Source of the DNA: Spirochaetia bacterium
GTDB taxonomy: Bacteria; Spirochaetota; Spirochaetia; DSM-2461
Reading direction: 5' to 3'
Assembly: GCA_963666985.2 (NCBI GenBank)
Contig: CAXXIA010000002.1
Span: forward strand, 1,184,001-1,248,000
DNA: 64,000 bases
Below, piece after piece: positions 1 to 9,768 of the stretch (positions within the stretch are counted from its first letter, which is position 1; each line of letters starts with the position of its first letter). Below the pieces are notes generated by a model. It was not told the DNA's origin and searched no databases. It was given only the letters and a program-made list of their open reading frames with translations. The position numbers and the translations under genes were made by a program.

Positions 1-33
1 GCGAAGGGTCTTTACCGACCCATCCATGTGCCG

Positions 34-58
34 AGCCGCTCTTCCGGGAGCGGCTTTT
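34..58 (+). terminator. Rho-independent terminator-like hairpin
   Basis: AGCCGCTC(34-41)/GAGCGGCT(48-55) stem followed by TTT; lies downstream of the convergent TetR gene. Confidence 0.6.
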
Positions 59-113
59 CTCGATCTGCCGAACCGAACATTCGAAGAATGGACTCAACAC
101 CTGATACCGGCAA

Positions 114-734
114 TCAATTCCGATAAATGCCGTGCCGTAATACTTCCAGGTAGAAATCCCAGTTTTTCCCGTAATCTTCCCTGATTCTCGCCGGATCGCG
201 TTCGGTTTTAATTTCCATCAGGAAATCCATCCGCGTCTTTAAGAGCATCCACATGGCGAGTTCCAGAATCTGTTCCTTAGGATACACCAGTGAACTGATT
301 TCAACATCGCCGAAGAACTCAAGGAAATGCCGGCGAAAAATATCATGAACCTGCGCGTCGAGTATCTCGTTGTTCAGGGCGGAGGTACGGACGATAAGAT
401 GGACGAAATCCGGATGTTCCAGATAAAAATCTATGGCGACATCCGCGGTAAACTTCAATCGTTCCAGAAGATCCGACGGAAGTTCCATTCCCTCATCAAC
501 GGTTCGCCCTTTCAGATAACTGTAAAGCTCGGTATAGGTGTAGGCCACGGTACCGAGAAAAAGCTCTTCTTTCGAAGAGGCATATTCGTAAATCCCGCCT
601 TTTGAAATGCCGGCTCTTCGGATAATTTTATCGACGGAACTGCCCTCATAGCCGTGCTCACCGAACTCACGGATACAGGCATTAAAAACTCTGTGCTGTT
701 TCTCGATGGGCAGATTTTCAAATGTTTGCTTCAT
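114..734 (-). CDS. TetR/AcrR-family transcriptional regulator
   Basis: N-terminal HTH 'FGEHGYEGSSVDKIIRRAGISKGGIYEYASSKEELF'; 4-bp overlap with the CoA ligase gene. Confidence 0.92.
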   Translation of the reverse strand: MKQTFENLPIEKQHRVFNACIREFGEHGYEGSSVDKIIRRAGISKGGIYEYASSKEELFLGTVAYTYTELYSYLKGRTVDEGMELPSDLLERLKFTADVAIDFYLEHPDFVHLIVRTSALNNEILDAQVHDIFRRHFLEFFGDVEISSLVYPKEQILELAMWMLLKTRMDFLMEIKTERDPARIREDYGKNWDFYLEVLRHGIYRN

Positions 735-2035
735 ATAATTCGTAAATCAAGAACGCGCTTCGCTTTCACTCCCGTTGATCTTTTCATGCTCATCGGTTCG
801 ACAAGTGTTATCTTCGCATGAATCCCAAGTTTGGACACAAGATGCCGGCCTACGGTTTCCTGAAAGTTTTGCACTTCCCGAATTTCATCGAATGCCAGGA
901 AGTTCGGCGTCGCCTCCACCCTCAATGCAATCTGATCCACGCCCTCTTCCCGGGTTAAAACAATTTGGAAATGCGGTTCCACTCCCTCAATCTCAAAAAG
1001 CAGCTGCTCGATGTGGGAGGGAAAGATGTTCCGGCCTCCGATGATAATCATATCATCGGTACGGCCCGAAATGCGCTCGATTCTTGCGATAGTCCGTCCG
1101 CAGGGGCAATCCCCTTCAATAAAGGCGGAAATATCTCCGCTGCGGTAACGGATCAGAGGAAATCCCTGCTTCGTAATGGTGGTAAAAACCAGTTCTCCAC
1201 TTGTTCCCGGCGGAACGGGTTCCAGGGTTTGCGGATCGATAATCTCCAGGATGAAATGATCTTCGTTTACGTGGAGGCCCAAGCGTTCCTCGCATTCGAA
1301 GGCCACGCCCGGACCGATAACCTCCGTCATTCCGTAATTATCATACGCCTTAATCTTCAAACGGGCCTCGATGTCCTTTCGAAGATTCTCGCTCCAGGGC
1401 TCCGAACCGAAAAGTCCGATGGAAAGATTCAATTCCTGGGGGTTCATTCCCTCTTCTTCCAGAATGGAAGCGATATGCAGGGCGTATCCGGGCGTGGAAA
1501 CCAACGTTGTGGTCCGGAAATCCTTCATAACCTGTATCTGTTTTATAACGTCGATTCCAGAATACGGAATAACCGACGCGCCGATTTCTTCGGCTCCGCC
1601 GTGGAATCCGAATCCGCCCGTGGAAAGACTGTAATCGAAAGCCACCTGAACGAAATCATGATTGGTTACGCCGGCGGCGGACAGAACCCTGGCCACCAGG
1701 GACGACCAGATATTCAAATCGTTCCGGGTATATCCCACCACAACAGGCTTGTCCGTCGTTCCCGAGGTGGAATGGATTCTGACGATGTCCCGCAAAGGAA
1801 CGGCGAAAGCCTCATAGGGATAACTTTTCATCAAATCATCCCGTGTGGTGAAAGGCAGCCTCCGCAAGTCATCCAAAGATCGAACGGCGCCGATATCGAT
1901 CCCCGCCTCATCATAGAGATTTCGGTAAAAGGAGACATTTCGGTACACGCGGTTCAATGTGGCCTGCAGACGTTCTATCCGCATCTGCTCCAGCTCCCGC
2001 CTGCTCATCATCTCGTGTTCTTTATCGTAGATCAT
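731..2035 (-). CDS. paaK: Phenylacetate-CoA ligase family protein
   Basis: Motifs 'LPFTTRDDL', 'HSTSGTT', 'YGMTE', 'PLIRYRSGD', 'GRTDDMII'; 434 aa. Confidence 0.88.
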   Translation of the reverse strand: MIYDKEHEMMSRRELEQMRIERLQATLNRVYRNVSFYRNLYDEAGIDIGAVRSLDDLRRLPFTTRDDLMKSYPYEAFAVPLRDIVRIHSTSGTTDKPVVVGYTRNDLNIWSSLVARVLSAAGVTNHDFVQVAFDYSLSTGGFGFHGGAEEIGASVIPYSGIDVIKQIQVMKDFRTTTLVSTPGYALHIASILEEEGMNPQELNLSIGLFGSEPWSENLRKDIEARLKIKAYDNYGMTEVIGPGVAFECEERLGLHVNEDHFILEIIDPQTLEPVPPGTSGELVFTTITKQGFPLIRYRSGDISAFIEGDCPCGRTIARIERISGRTDDMIIIGGRNIFPSHIEQLLFEIEGVEPHFQIVLTREEGVDQIALRVEATPNFLAFDEIREVQNFQETVGRHLVSKLGIHAKITLVEPMSMKRSTGVKAKRVLDLRII

Positions 2036-2781
2036 CAGAGGACTCCCATATCGGTAAAATCTTTATAGTCCTTGCCGAGATAAGCCCTTTGGACATCGGC
2101 GTTTCCAAGTAATTCTTCCGAACCGCCCTCAAGAACGATGCTGCCTGTTTCCATCACATAACCCCTGTCGGCGATGCCCAGAGCCGCTTTGGCGTTCTGT
2201 TCAACGATGAGAATGGTTCGGCCTTCATCCCGAAGAGCGGCCGCCGCATCGAAGATTCTCCGAACGATGATAGGCGCCAGCCCCATGGACGGCTCGTCCA
2301 TCATAATCAGCTCAGGGCCCGACATCAGCGCCCTTCCGACGGCCACCATCTGCTGCTCGCCGCCCGAAAGGGTTCCGGCCGGCTGCGCACGCCGCTCCTT
2401 GAGTACGGGAAACATCTTATAGACGAATTCCAGATTCTCATCCGCCTCTTTTCCCCTCTTCGATCCATATAAAGTATAGGCTCCCAGGATAAGGTTCTCC
2501 CGAACCGTCATGGTCGGAAAAAGCTGCCTTCCCTCGGGCACCAGAACACATCCGGCCGAAACAATGCTGTCCGGGGCGGCGCCGGCGATATCCGTACCCT
2601 TCAGGATGATTTCCCCGGAAAAGGGCGATATCACCGAAGCGATAGTATTCAGCAGAGTCGATTTTCCGGCGCCGTTCGCGCCGATGATTGTGACGATTTC
2701 TCCCGGTTTTACGTGAAGACTGATCCCTTTAAGAACTTTCAGTTTGCCGTATCCGGATTCCAGATTTCTGATTCTAATCAT
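2035..2781 (-). CDS. livF: Branched-chain amino acid-type ABC transporter ATPase (LivF-like)
   Basis: Walker A GANGAGKST, 'VPEGRQLF', LSGGEQQM, 'DEPSMGLAP'. Confidence 0.92.
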   Translation of the reverse strand: MIRIRNLESGYGKLKVLKGISLHVKPGEIVTIIGANGAGKSTLLNTIASVISPFSGEIILKGTDIAGAAPDSIVSAGCVLVPEGRQLFPTMTVRENLILGAYTLYGSKRGKEADENLEFVYKMFPVLKERRAQPAGTLSGGEQQMVAVGRALMSGPELIMMDEPSMGLAPIIVRRIFDAAAALRDEGRTILIVEQNAKAALGIADRGYVMETGSIVLEGGSEELLGNADVQRAYLGKDYKDFTDMGVL

Positions 2782-2840
2782 TGCCGCCTACTCGTCTTTT
2801 CCGCTTTCAAGTCTTCGCGCTTTCCACTCATCGTCGTCTT

Positions 2841-3632
2841 CTACTCATCGCCGCCGCCCAGATAGATTCGAATAACATCCGAGTTGTTCTGTATGGATTT
2901 CGGAGATCCTTCCGCGATTTTCTCTCCGAAATTGAGCACCACCACCTCGTCGGAAATATCCATAACCAGCGACATGTCGTGTTCCACGAGCAAGATGGTA
3001 CGCCCCTGAGCGCAGATGGCGGTGATGCGCTCAGCCAGAGCGTCGGTTTCGTGCATATTAAGTCCGGCCGCGGGTTCATCCAGCAGAAGAACGGCCGGAT
3101 CGGCCGCCAGAACGCGGGCCAGTTCCACGGCCCTCTGATTCCCGAAAGAAAGGTTTCCCACGTCCTTCTCCGCGATGTCCGCAATATTCAGCCATTCAAG
3201 AATGCCGAAAACCGCTTCCCGAGCCGCATTTTCCTCCCGCCTGCTCTTCGGCAAAGACAGCATCCCGGCGAAAAAACCCGCCCTACCCGCCGTATGACGG
3301 CCCAGAAGGACATTGTCCAGAACGCTCATATGAGTGCAGAGTTTCAGATTTTGAAATGTCCGCAGCACTCCCCGCTCGGCGATTCGGCAGGGTTTCAGAC
3401 CCGTCAGCGGCTTGCCCCGATACATCACTCGTCCGCCGTCGGAGGGCAAGGCTCCGGCGATCATATTGAACAGTGTCGTTTTACCGGCCCCGTTGGGCCC
3501 GATGACCGCCTTGATGGTTCCTTCCCGTACGGCGAATGAAACACCGTTCACGGCATGAAGGCCTCCGAACGATTTATCCAGAGCTTCCACGCTGAGAAGA
3601 GTGATCCCGGATTGCGATTGCTCAGCGTTCAC
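2841..3632 (-). CDS. livG: Branched-chain amino acid-type ABC transporter ATPase (LivG-like)
   Basis: GPNGAGKTT, 'RTFQN', 'LLDEPAAGL', 'VEHDM', C-terminal 'IYLG'. Confidence 0.92.
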   Translation of the reverse strand: MNAEQSQSGITLLSVEALDKSFGGLHAVNGVSFAVREGTIKAVIGPNGAGKTTLFNMIAGALPSDGGRVMYRGKPLTGLKPCRIAERGVLRTFQNLKLCTHMSVLDNVLLGRHTAGRAGFFAGMLSLPKSRREENAAREAVFGILEWLNIADIAEKDVGNLSFGNQRAVELARVLAADPAVLLLDEPAAGLNMHETDALAERITAICAQGRTILLVEHDMSLVMDISDEVVVLNFGEKIAEGSPKSIQNNSDVIRIYLGGGDE

Positions 3633-4726
3633 GCCTTAACCCCTTTCCGGTTCTCTTTTCTCCGAGGGAGAATGCGCCGAACGAAGTCCTTCATCCGATC
3701 CGTCACCGCCGCTCGAAACAGACCGTCGGGAAAGAAGAGCATCATCACGATGAGAATCACGCCGAAAACCGCATCGTCGTAGGCTCCGAAGAATCCTCTT
3801 AAGGAAAGAAAGTTCAGCACCAGGCCCATCGTCAGAACACCCCAGAGATTCGCCATTCCCCCAACCGCGACAATGGCCACATACCTGACCGATTTCGCCA
3901 CGGAGGATTCCGACGGACCGATACCGCCGTTGTAATGGGTCATCAGAACGCCGGCCGCCGCCGCGAACACCGCACCGACAACGAAAATCGAAACCTTGTA
4001 TCGCGCGGTATCCACACCCATGGCGTCGGCTGCATCTTCTCCGCCGTGCAGAGAACGCAAGGCCCTCCCGATGCGGGAATTCACCAAATTCGTCAGCAGA
4101 ATCACCGTAAGAATGACGAAGGCCCAGGCGGCATAATAGTTAACCACCCTGACGGTAAAATCACCGCTGATGGAAATACCCGGGAACAAAGGGAAGGCCG
4201 GTACATTGGAAATCCCGTCCGCTTCGCCGAACACCTTGGTTCCGAGAACAATGCGGTAGATGATAATTCCGAAACCCATGGTAGCCATCGCAAGATAGTG
4301 TCCTTTAAGCCGCAGAACGGGAACACCGATGGCATAGGCAACAACGGCCGCGGCCGTCAAGGCCAGGAAAAAAGAAATCCACGGGGAGAGGTATGTCAGA
4401 GACTCGCCGTAGAGATTCTCTCTGGTCAGGAGCAAACCCGTTTTCGCCAGAAAGGCGAAAAAAGGTTCTCCCAGTCTGTCCGTGAAATCCATGGTGGTAA
4501 GAACGGCGGCTGTATAGCCTCCGATAGCGAAGAAACCCGCCTGGCCGAGAGACATCTGCCCGGCGTATCCCATCACCATGCTCAAACCCACCGCGACGAC
4601 GACATAGTAGGCGGACATGGTCATCTGGGTCAGGTAAAACGCGGTTCCCGTAATCTGCGTAATAAGCTGGACCAGAACAAGAATCGCGGCCAGCACCAAA
4701 ATTGGTCTGTAGGACTTCCCTTTCAT
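3629..4726 (-). CDS. livM: Branched-chain amino acid-type ABC permease (LivM-like)
   Basis: 'GYAGQMSLGQAGFFAIGGY', 'LRLKGHYLAMAT', multiple TM helices. Confidence 0.9.
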   Translation of the reverse strand: MKGKSYRPILVLAAILVLVQLITQITGTAFYLTQMTMSAYYVVVAVGLSMVMGYAGQMSLGQAGFFAIGGYTAAVLTTMDFTDRLGEPFFAFLAKTGLLLTRENLYGESLTYLSPWISFFLALTAAAVVAYAIGVPVLRLKGHYLAMATMGFGIIIYRIVLGTKVFGEADGISNVPAFPLFPGISISGDFTVRVVNYYAAWAFVILTVILLTNLVNSRIGRALRSLHGGEDAADAMGVDTARYKVSIFVVGAVFAAAAGVLMTHYNGGIGPSESSVAKSVRYVAIVAVGGMANLWGVLTMGLVLNFLSLRGFFGAYDDAVFGVILIVMMLFFPDGLFRAAVTDRMKDFVRRILPRRKENRKGVKA

Positions 4727-4727
4727 A

Positions 4728-5618
4728 CTAAAAATCCTTCAGAGCCGAAGTCTGTCGTGACCCGAAGAGCCCGCTTGGCAAAAGGACCAGGATGACAAGC
4801 AGGATGATGATGGAAACAACATCCGTATACGCCATGGGCAGAACACTCACGCTGAACGATTCAATCAGCCCTACCAGCAAACCCGCGGCCACGGCGGCCA
4901 TCGGGTTTCCCAATCCTCCCAGTACGGCGACGATAAATCCTTTAATCGCCAAATCGGTTCCCATCGCGTAATGGGTCTGCGTTAACGGCGAAACAAGACA
5001 TCCTCCCAGCGCCCCGATTCCCGCGGCCAGAGTGAAGGAAAGATTCACCATTCTGCGGGTACGGATGCCGCAGAGTTTGGCTGCCCGAATATTGTCGGAA
5101 CAGGCCCGCATGGCCTGCCCTGTCAGCGTAAATCGGAAAAAGAGGTAGAGCGCTATGACGATAAGCGCCGTAACGCCGATAATCCACAGCACCTGCGGCG
5201 AGATTCGGGCACCCAGAATATCGATGGATGAAATTTCGTTCCCGGTAAAAAACCGCAGAGCGCGAATCTGCTCATCCCAGATATGAAGGGCTGCTTCCCG
5301 GATAACAATGGAAATACCGATGGTGATGACGATCATGCCCAGAACGGAAGTTTTTTTCATCCTTCTGATAAGAACCGTTTCCAAAAGACTCCCGACGGCG
5401 GCCGTTACCAGGACGGCGATAAGAATGGCCGGCAGCAGACTCATCACCTGTGAGAGGGAATAGGCCGTCATGGCCCCGAGCATCACAAACTCGCCCTGCG
5501 CCAGATTTATAATGCCCGTGGTGTTGTAGATGATGTCGTACCCGATGGCCACAAGGGCGTAAATACTGCCCACCGTGATGCCGGAGAAGACATACTGAAG
5601 AATTTGCTCAGGTATCAT
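4728..5618 (-). CDS. livH: Branched-chain amino acid-type ABC permease (LivH-like)
   Basis: 'GSIYALVAIGY..I..TTGIINLAQGEF', 'VLGGLG'. Start moved to the ATG at 5618 (MIPEQ), which follows AAAAGG; the ORF-track extension to 5705 runs into a repeat region. Confidence 0.9.
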   Translation of the reverse strand: MIPEQILQYVFSGITVGSIYALVAIGYDIIYNTTGIINLAQGEFVMLGAMTAYSLSQVMSLLPAILIAVLVTAAVGSLLETVLIRRMKKTSVLGMIVITIGISIVIREAALHIWDEQIRALRFFTGNEISSIDILGARISPQVLWIIGVTALIVIALYLFFRFTLTGQAMRACSDNIRAAKLCGIRTRRMVNLSFTLAAGIGALGGCLVSPLTQTHYAMGTDLAIKGFIVAVLGGLGNPMAAVAAGLLVGLIESFSVSVLPMAYTDVVSIIILLVILVLLPSGLFGSRQTSALKDF

Positions 5619-5669
5619 ATCAACCTTTTCCAGCGTTTTGATTCGGACCCGGCGAAATGAGGGCGGAAG

Positions 5670-5845
5670 CGCGGCGGGTTCCTGTGCGGCCGGATTCCGT
5701 CCCATTGCCGACTATATCCGCACGAAAGCGCAGCGGGTTCCATACCCCTCGCTCCCCGGTTTCCGTTACGGCCGGATTCCGGCATAGCCGGGTTCCGTCC
5801 GATTCGCCGACCATATCCATATGGAACCGCGCCGGGTTCCACTCG
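5670..5845. repeat. Degenerate intergenic direct repeats (two units of about 54 bp; recurring CGG(G/A)TTCC core)
   Basis: gccggattccgtcccattgccgactatatccgcacgaaagcgcagcgggttcca (about 5689-5742) versus gccgggttccgtccgattcgccgaccatatccatatggaaccgcgccgggttcca (about 5787-5841). Confidence 0.6.
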
Positions 5846-5919
5846 GTTCGTCAGCCGTCCGGATTTCTCACCGACTTTGCAAAACAGGACAGGAAAGCAA
5901 AACCGGCGAGAATCAAACT

Positions 5920-7066
5920 CTAATACAAAGCGAATCGGCCGTTCTTAACCGTCAGCATCTCAAGAGAATCTAATGCCCAAACCGTTATGATCCGCCGCCG
6001 TGAAGTTGAAGACGCCGCCTGTTCCGGCGAGGCCGCTGATATTCTCGATGGCGTCCCGGACGGCCGCACGGTCCGTGGTTCCGGCCGCGGCCACAGCCTC
6101 GGCTATGATGACGAACGCATCGTAGGCATGTCCGCCGAATGTGCTGACGTTCTCGCCGTAGCGGGATTCATATTCGCTCTTATAGGAGACAAGCGCGGCC
6201 TTCTGCGGGTGCGAATCCGGCAGAACATCCGCGACGAGCAGGCGGCCAGCCGGGAATATAATTCCTTCCGCGGCCTCGCCGGCGGCTTCGACATATTTAA
6301 TGTTGCCGAAGCCGTGGCTCTGAAAGAGGGGAATCTTCATGCCGAGCTGCGCCATGTTCTTCGCAACGATGGACTGGGCGGGAACAATGGACCAGTTAAC
6401 CACGGCCTGGACGTTCTCGGCCTTAATCTTCGTCAGAACCGCAGTCAGGTCGGTCGCCGCGCTGTCGTAGGTTTCGGCGATGGCGATTTTGATGCCGTAA
6501 TCGGGAGCATACTTCTCCAGCTGGCCTTTTCCGGCGTTTCCGAATCCGGTGTTGGCCGCAACCACTCCGATGGTATCGATTCCCAAATCGTTCATGGTTC
6601 GGAAGATCAGTTCGGCAACGTAATTATCTTTCTGGGGTGTTTTAAAAACATAACTCGCCACCGGATCGACGATCAGTTCGGCGGCCGCGCAGGAGACAAG
6701 CGGCGTGCGGTACGATTCGCAGAGATCTTTAATCTGCAGGGTTTCGCCGCTGGTGGTGGGACCGATGATGGCGACCACGCGATCTTCCTCGATGAGCTGC
6801 TTGGCGAAGGAAATGGCTTTCTCGGGGTTTCCGGCCGAATCTTTGATAATCAGCTCAATCCGTCTGCCGCCGATGCCGCCCTTCGCGTTGTAGTCCTCGG
6901 TAAGCATCTCAAGCGTTTTCGCCTCGGGAGCACCAAGGAAAGACGCCCCGCCGGTAACGGCCAGGATGGCGCCGATTTTAACGGTTTCGGTTTCCGCCTC
7001 TCCGCCGGCGAACACCGCTGAAAAGGCCAGCGGAAGAACAAGTAAGGTAAGAAGAATTCGTTTCAT
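5920..7066 (-). CDS. Liv-type ABC substrate-binding protein, frameshifted near its 3' end
   Basis: Signal peptide ending 'AVFAGG', 'IGAILAVTGGASFLG', 'FGGHAYDA'. The frame stops at 5960 (GIRFS*); removing one base at about 5972 restores a family-like tail 'GIDSLEMLTVKNGRFALY*' ending at 5920. Confidence 0.85.
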
Positions 7067-7140
7067 GAGTAATACTCCTTTTCATCCCGTCGGAAAGAGC
7101 GGGACGGTTCCGGCGAACCGCCGGCTTATCGGCCGCGGCT

Positions 7141-7164
7141 ATCCGACCGACCGGTCGGTCGGAT
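7141..7164. promoter_or_regulatory. Perfect 24-bp palindrome, candidate TetR operator
   Basis: ATCCGACCGACCGGTCGGTCGGAT equals its own reverse complement; it lies between the predicted promoter and the start codon of the liv-paaK-tetR operon. Confidence 0.75.
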
Positions 7165-7182
7165 TCCGACCACATAGTCGGT

Positions 7183-7212
7183 ACTGTACCCTTTGAAACA
7201 AAGAGCGGTCAA
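7183..7212 (-). promoter_or_regulatory. Sigma70-like promoter of the liv-paaK operon
   Basis: Minus strand TTGACC(7212-7207)-N18-TACAGT(7188-7183). Confidence 0.5.
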
Positions 7213-7454
7213 GAAATATTTATTGCAGAGTATTGATAGCAACACCGCCGGTATAAATACCGGCCGGTTCAAAAGGATTAATCCGAATCGGAAAAAACGA
7301 AGGGCCTCGCCTCGTTTCGGCGCCCCCTCGGATTTTTAACAGGCGAGGCGATTTCAAAAATAGGCGATTTTTGAAATAAAACCTTTATAACTGATTCTAA
7401 AGGGGTTTCAGCCGTCGGTTCCAAGAAAGGCGGCCGGAGGATGGCTTCGGGGGG

Positions 7455-8660
7455 TCACTCATAAGAGAGAGCGGCCACAGGATCCAATCGGCTCGCCCGG
7501 GCGGCCGGATACCAGCCGAAAAACACCCCGACAAGAGCGGAGAAGGCCACCGCGCCGAAAACCGCAAAAAGATTCGCGGAAAACGACCATCCCAACAGCA
7601 TAATGGCCACGGCGCTCAGGCCCAGACCGAAGAGAACGCCTAAGGCGCCTCCGAACGTGGTGAGGGCGGCCGCTTCCAGCAGGAACTGCCGGCGGATAAC
7701 CCGCGGCGTGGCACCGAGGGCCTTTCGAATGCCGATTTCCCGCGTCCGCTCGGAAACCGAAACGAGCATGATGTTCATAATGCCGATGCCGCCGACAATC
7801 AGACTGATGGCCGCCACGCCCGAAAGGAACAGGTTGAGCGTTTCGGTAATACCGGTAAACATCTCCGCCATGGAGGCCGGCGACATCACCCGCACCTCTT
7901 CGTCGTCCGCGCCGAAAAGGCCCTCGAACCACGCCTCGAGATTCTCGGAAACCTCCAGAACGTCCGCGTCCTCATCGGCTGTTACGCCGTAGCGGGTAAT
8001 GGTGTCCACTTTCTGCAGGCGGGCGTCGAACGTGCTCATCGGGACATACACCGTTTCGTCGAAACTGTTCCCCATGGAATCGGCCATGGTGTCCATCACG
8101 CCGATGACTTTGAAGCTCCGCGCCTGATTCCGGAAAATTCTGATGCGGCTTCCCAGAGCATCCCCGTCGGGAAACAAACTTTCGGCTATTTCGGCGCCGA
8201 GAACGCAGACGGCCTCCCGCCGCTCTTCGTTATGCTCGGTTAAAAAGGTGCCTTCCGCCGTCTTGTATTTATAAATCTCCGCGTAATCGGGAAACGCGGC
8301 CATCACGGTAACGCTTTCATACTGATTCTTTCCATGAGAAACGGTAAACGAAGAGGAAACCAGGGGGACCGCGGCGGCGACGCCTTCGACTTCTTCGGCG
8401 ATGCGGTCGGCGAAATCCAGATCAAAGGCCCGCGTTACCGCCGTTGAAGCGTCGCGTCCGGCCATGACGGTGATGGAGTTCAAACCGGCGTCCACCACGG
8501 ATTCCCGGATACTGTTGGTGGCGCTGCCGCCGAGGGTGGTGATGGCGATAACCGACATCACGCCGATGACGATGCCGAGGGCCGAGAGTGCCGTCCGCAG
8601 TTTGCTGTTCGCGAAATTCGAAACGGCAAGCTTGACGTATTCCCAGAACATTCCGTTCAT
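7455..8660 (-). CDS. MacB/FtsX-family ABC permease
   Basis: 'LRTALSALGIVIGV', 'GGIGIMNIMLVSVSERTREIGIRKALGA', 'YPAARASRLDPV'. Confidence 0.93.
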   Translation of the reverse strand: MNGMFWEYVKLAVSNFANSKLRTALSALGIVIGVMSVIAITTLGGSATNSIRESVVDAGLNSITVMAGRDASTAVTRAFDLDFADRIAEEVEGVAAAVPLVSSSFTVSHGKNQYESVTVMAAFPDYAEIYKYKTAEGTFLTEHNEERREAVCVLGAEIAESLFPDGDALGSRIRIFRNQARSFKVIGVMDTMADSMGNSFDETVYVPMSTFDARLQKVDTITRYGVTADEDADVLEVSENLEAWFEGLFGADDEEVRVMSPASMAEMFTGITETLNLFLSGVAAISLIVGGIGIMNIMLVSVSERTREIGIRKALGATPRVIRRQFLLEAAALTTFGGALGVLFGLGLSAVAIMLLGWSFSANLFAVFGAVAFSALVGVFFGWYPAARASRLDPVAALSYE

Positions 8661-9649
8661 TTCAGATGACCCCCTGCCGCTTCGGCGGTTTCTTCCGTCC
8701 GCGGCTCGGCCGCGTCTTGGGCCATCGGCGCTGCCGAACCCGCCTCTTGAACAATCACTGCCGCCCCGGCCGCATCTTGCCCCGCCGCCTGAGTCGCGGC
8801 TGCCGCCGTAGCCACCGCCGCCGGCTCTCTCGCCGCCGGTCGGTCTCCGTCTCCCGCCGAACCACCGGCCAACCCCGCCGGCGCGGCGCCCCCCATGCCG
8901 TCATCGGCGATCAGTCCGTCCAAAATATGGATGCACCGCGGAGCGAAAGCGCCGATATCCGGATCGTGCGTTACGATAACCAGAGTGTTCCCCGCCTCGT
9001 GCAGTTCGGTAAACAGCTCCAGAATCCGGCGGCCCGTTTCCTGATCCAGCGCGCCGGTCGGTTCGTCGGCCAACAAAAGAGACGGATCGTTCACAAGGGC
9101 CCGGGCGATGGCGGCGCGCTGTTTCTGCCCCCCGGAAAGCTCCCTGGGAAGGTGTTTCATCCGATCCGCCAACCCCACGCGTTCCAGCACGAAGGCCGCC
9201 TTCTCCCGCCTCTGCGCGGCGGACATCCCCGAATAAAGAAGCGGCGTGGCCACATTGTCCAAAATATTGATGCGGGCCAGCAGGTTGAACTGCTGAAACA
9301 CGAATCCGATCTTCTCATTTCGGATTGCCGCCAGCCCGTTTTCGTCCAGAGACGAGATATCGATGCCGTCCAAAAAGACTTTTCCCGAAGTGGGCGTATC
9401 CAGACATCCCACCAGATTCATCAATGTGGATTTCCCGGAGCCCGAAGGTCCCATCACGGAAACCATCTCACCTCTCTCAACCTTCAAATCCACGCCGCGC
9501 AGGGCCCGTACCACCACGTCGCCCATCACATAGTCCCGTGCGGCATCGCGAGTTTCAATAACCGGCCGGCGGATCTCCGGCTTTCCCGCCGCGGCATTTG
9601 CCGCGGTCGGCCTTCCCGCAGTTGTCTCTGTTTTATATTTCTTCTTCAC
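8657..9649 (-). CDS. MacB/LolD-family ABC ATPase with Ala-rich C-terminal tail
   Basis: GPSGSGKST, 'GFVFQQFNL', LSGGQKQR, 'ADEPTGALD'. Confidence 0.92.
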   Translation of the reverse strand: MKKKYKTETTAGRPTAANAAAGKPEIRRPVIETRDAARDYVMGDVVVRALRGVDLKVERGEMVSVMGPSGSGKSTLMNLVGCLDTPTSGKVFLDGIDISSLDENGLAAIRNEKIGFVFQQFNLLARINILDNVATPLLYSGMSAAQRREKAAFVLERVGLADRMKHLPRELSGGQKQRAAIARALVNDPSLLLADEPTGALDQETGRRILELFTELHEAGNTLVIVTHDPDIGAFAPRCIHILDGLIADDGMGGAAPAGLAGGSAGDGDRPAAREPAAVATAAAATQAAGQDAAGAAVIVQEAGSAAPMAQDAAEPRTEETAEAAGGHLK

Positions 9650-9768
9650 ACCGCCTCCCGATCGGCCGCCGCCGAACTTTGGCCTGAAATCTCAAAATAA
9701 AGCTCTTTTCCGACAATCCGCTTCCCGGCAACACGCTTTTCAGCAGGCTGCTTGAACATCCCGACCTA

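Noticed and set aside
5670..5845. Possible CRISPR mini-array
   Set aside because: The repeats are degenerate and irregularly spaced, with no unique-spacer periodicity and no cas genes.
5960..5962. TGA in the Liv SBP read as selenocysteine or readthrough
   Set aside because: The family-like tail continues in a different frame, so an indel explains it.
965..9700. Long antisense ORFs (965-2068, 2781-3539, 3935-4795, 5987-7021, 8666-9700)
   Set aside because: They lie opposite well-supported genes, show no motifs, and are expected shadows of GC-biased codon usage.
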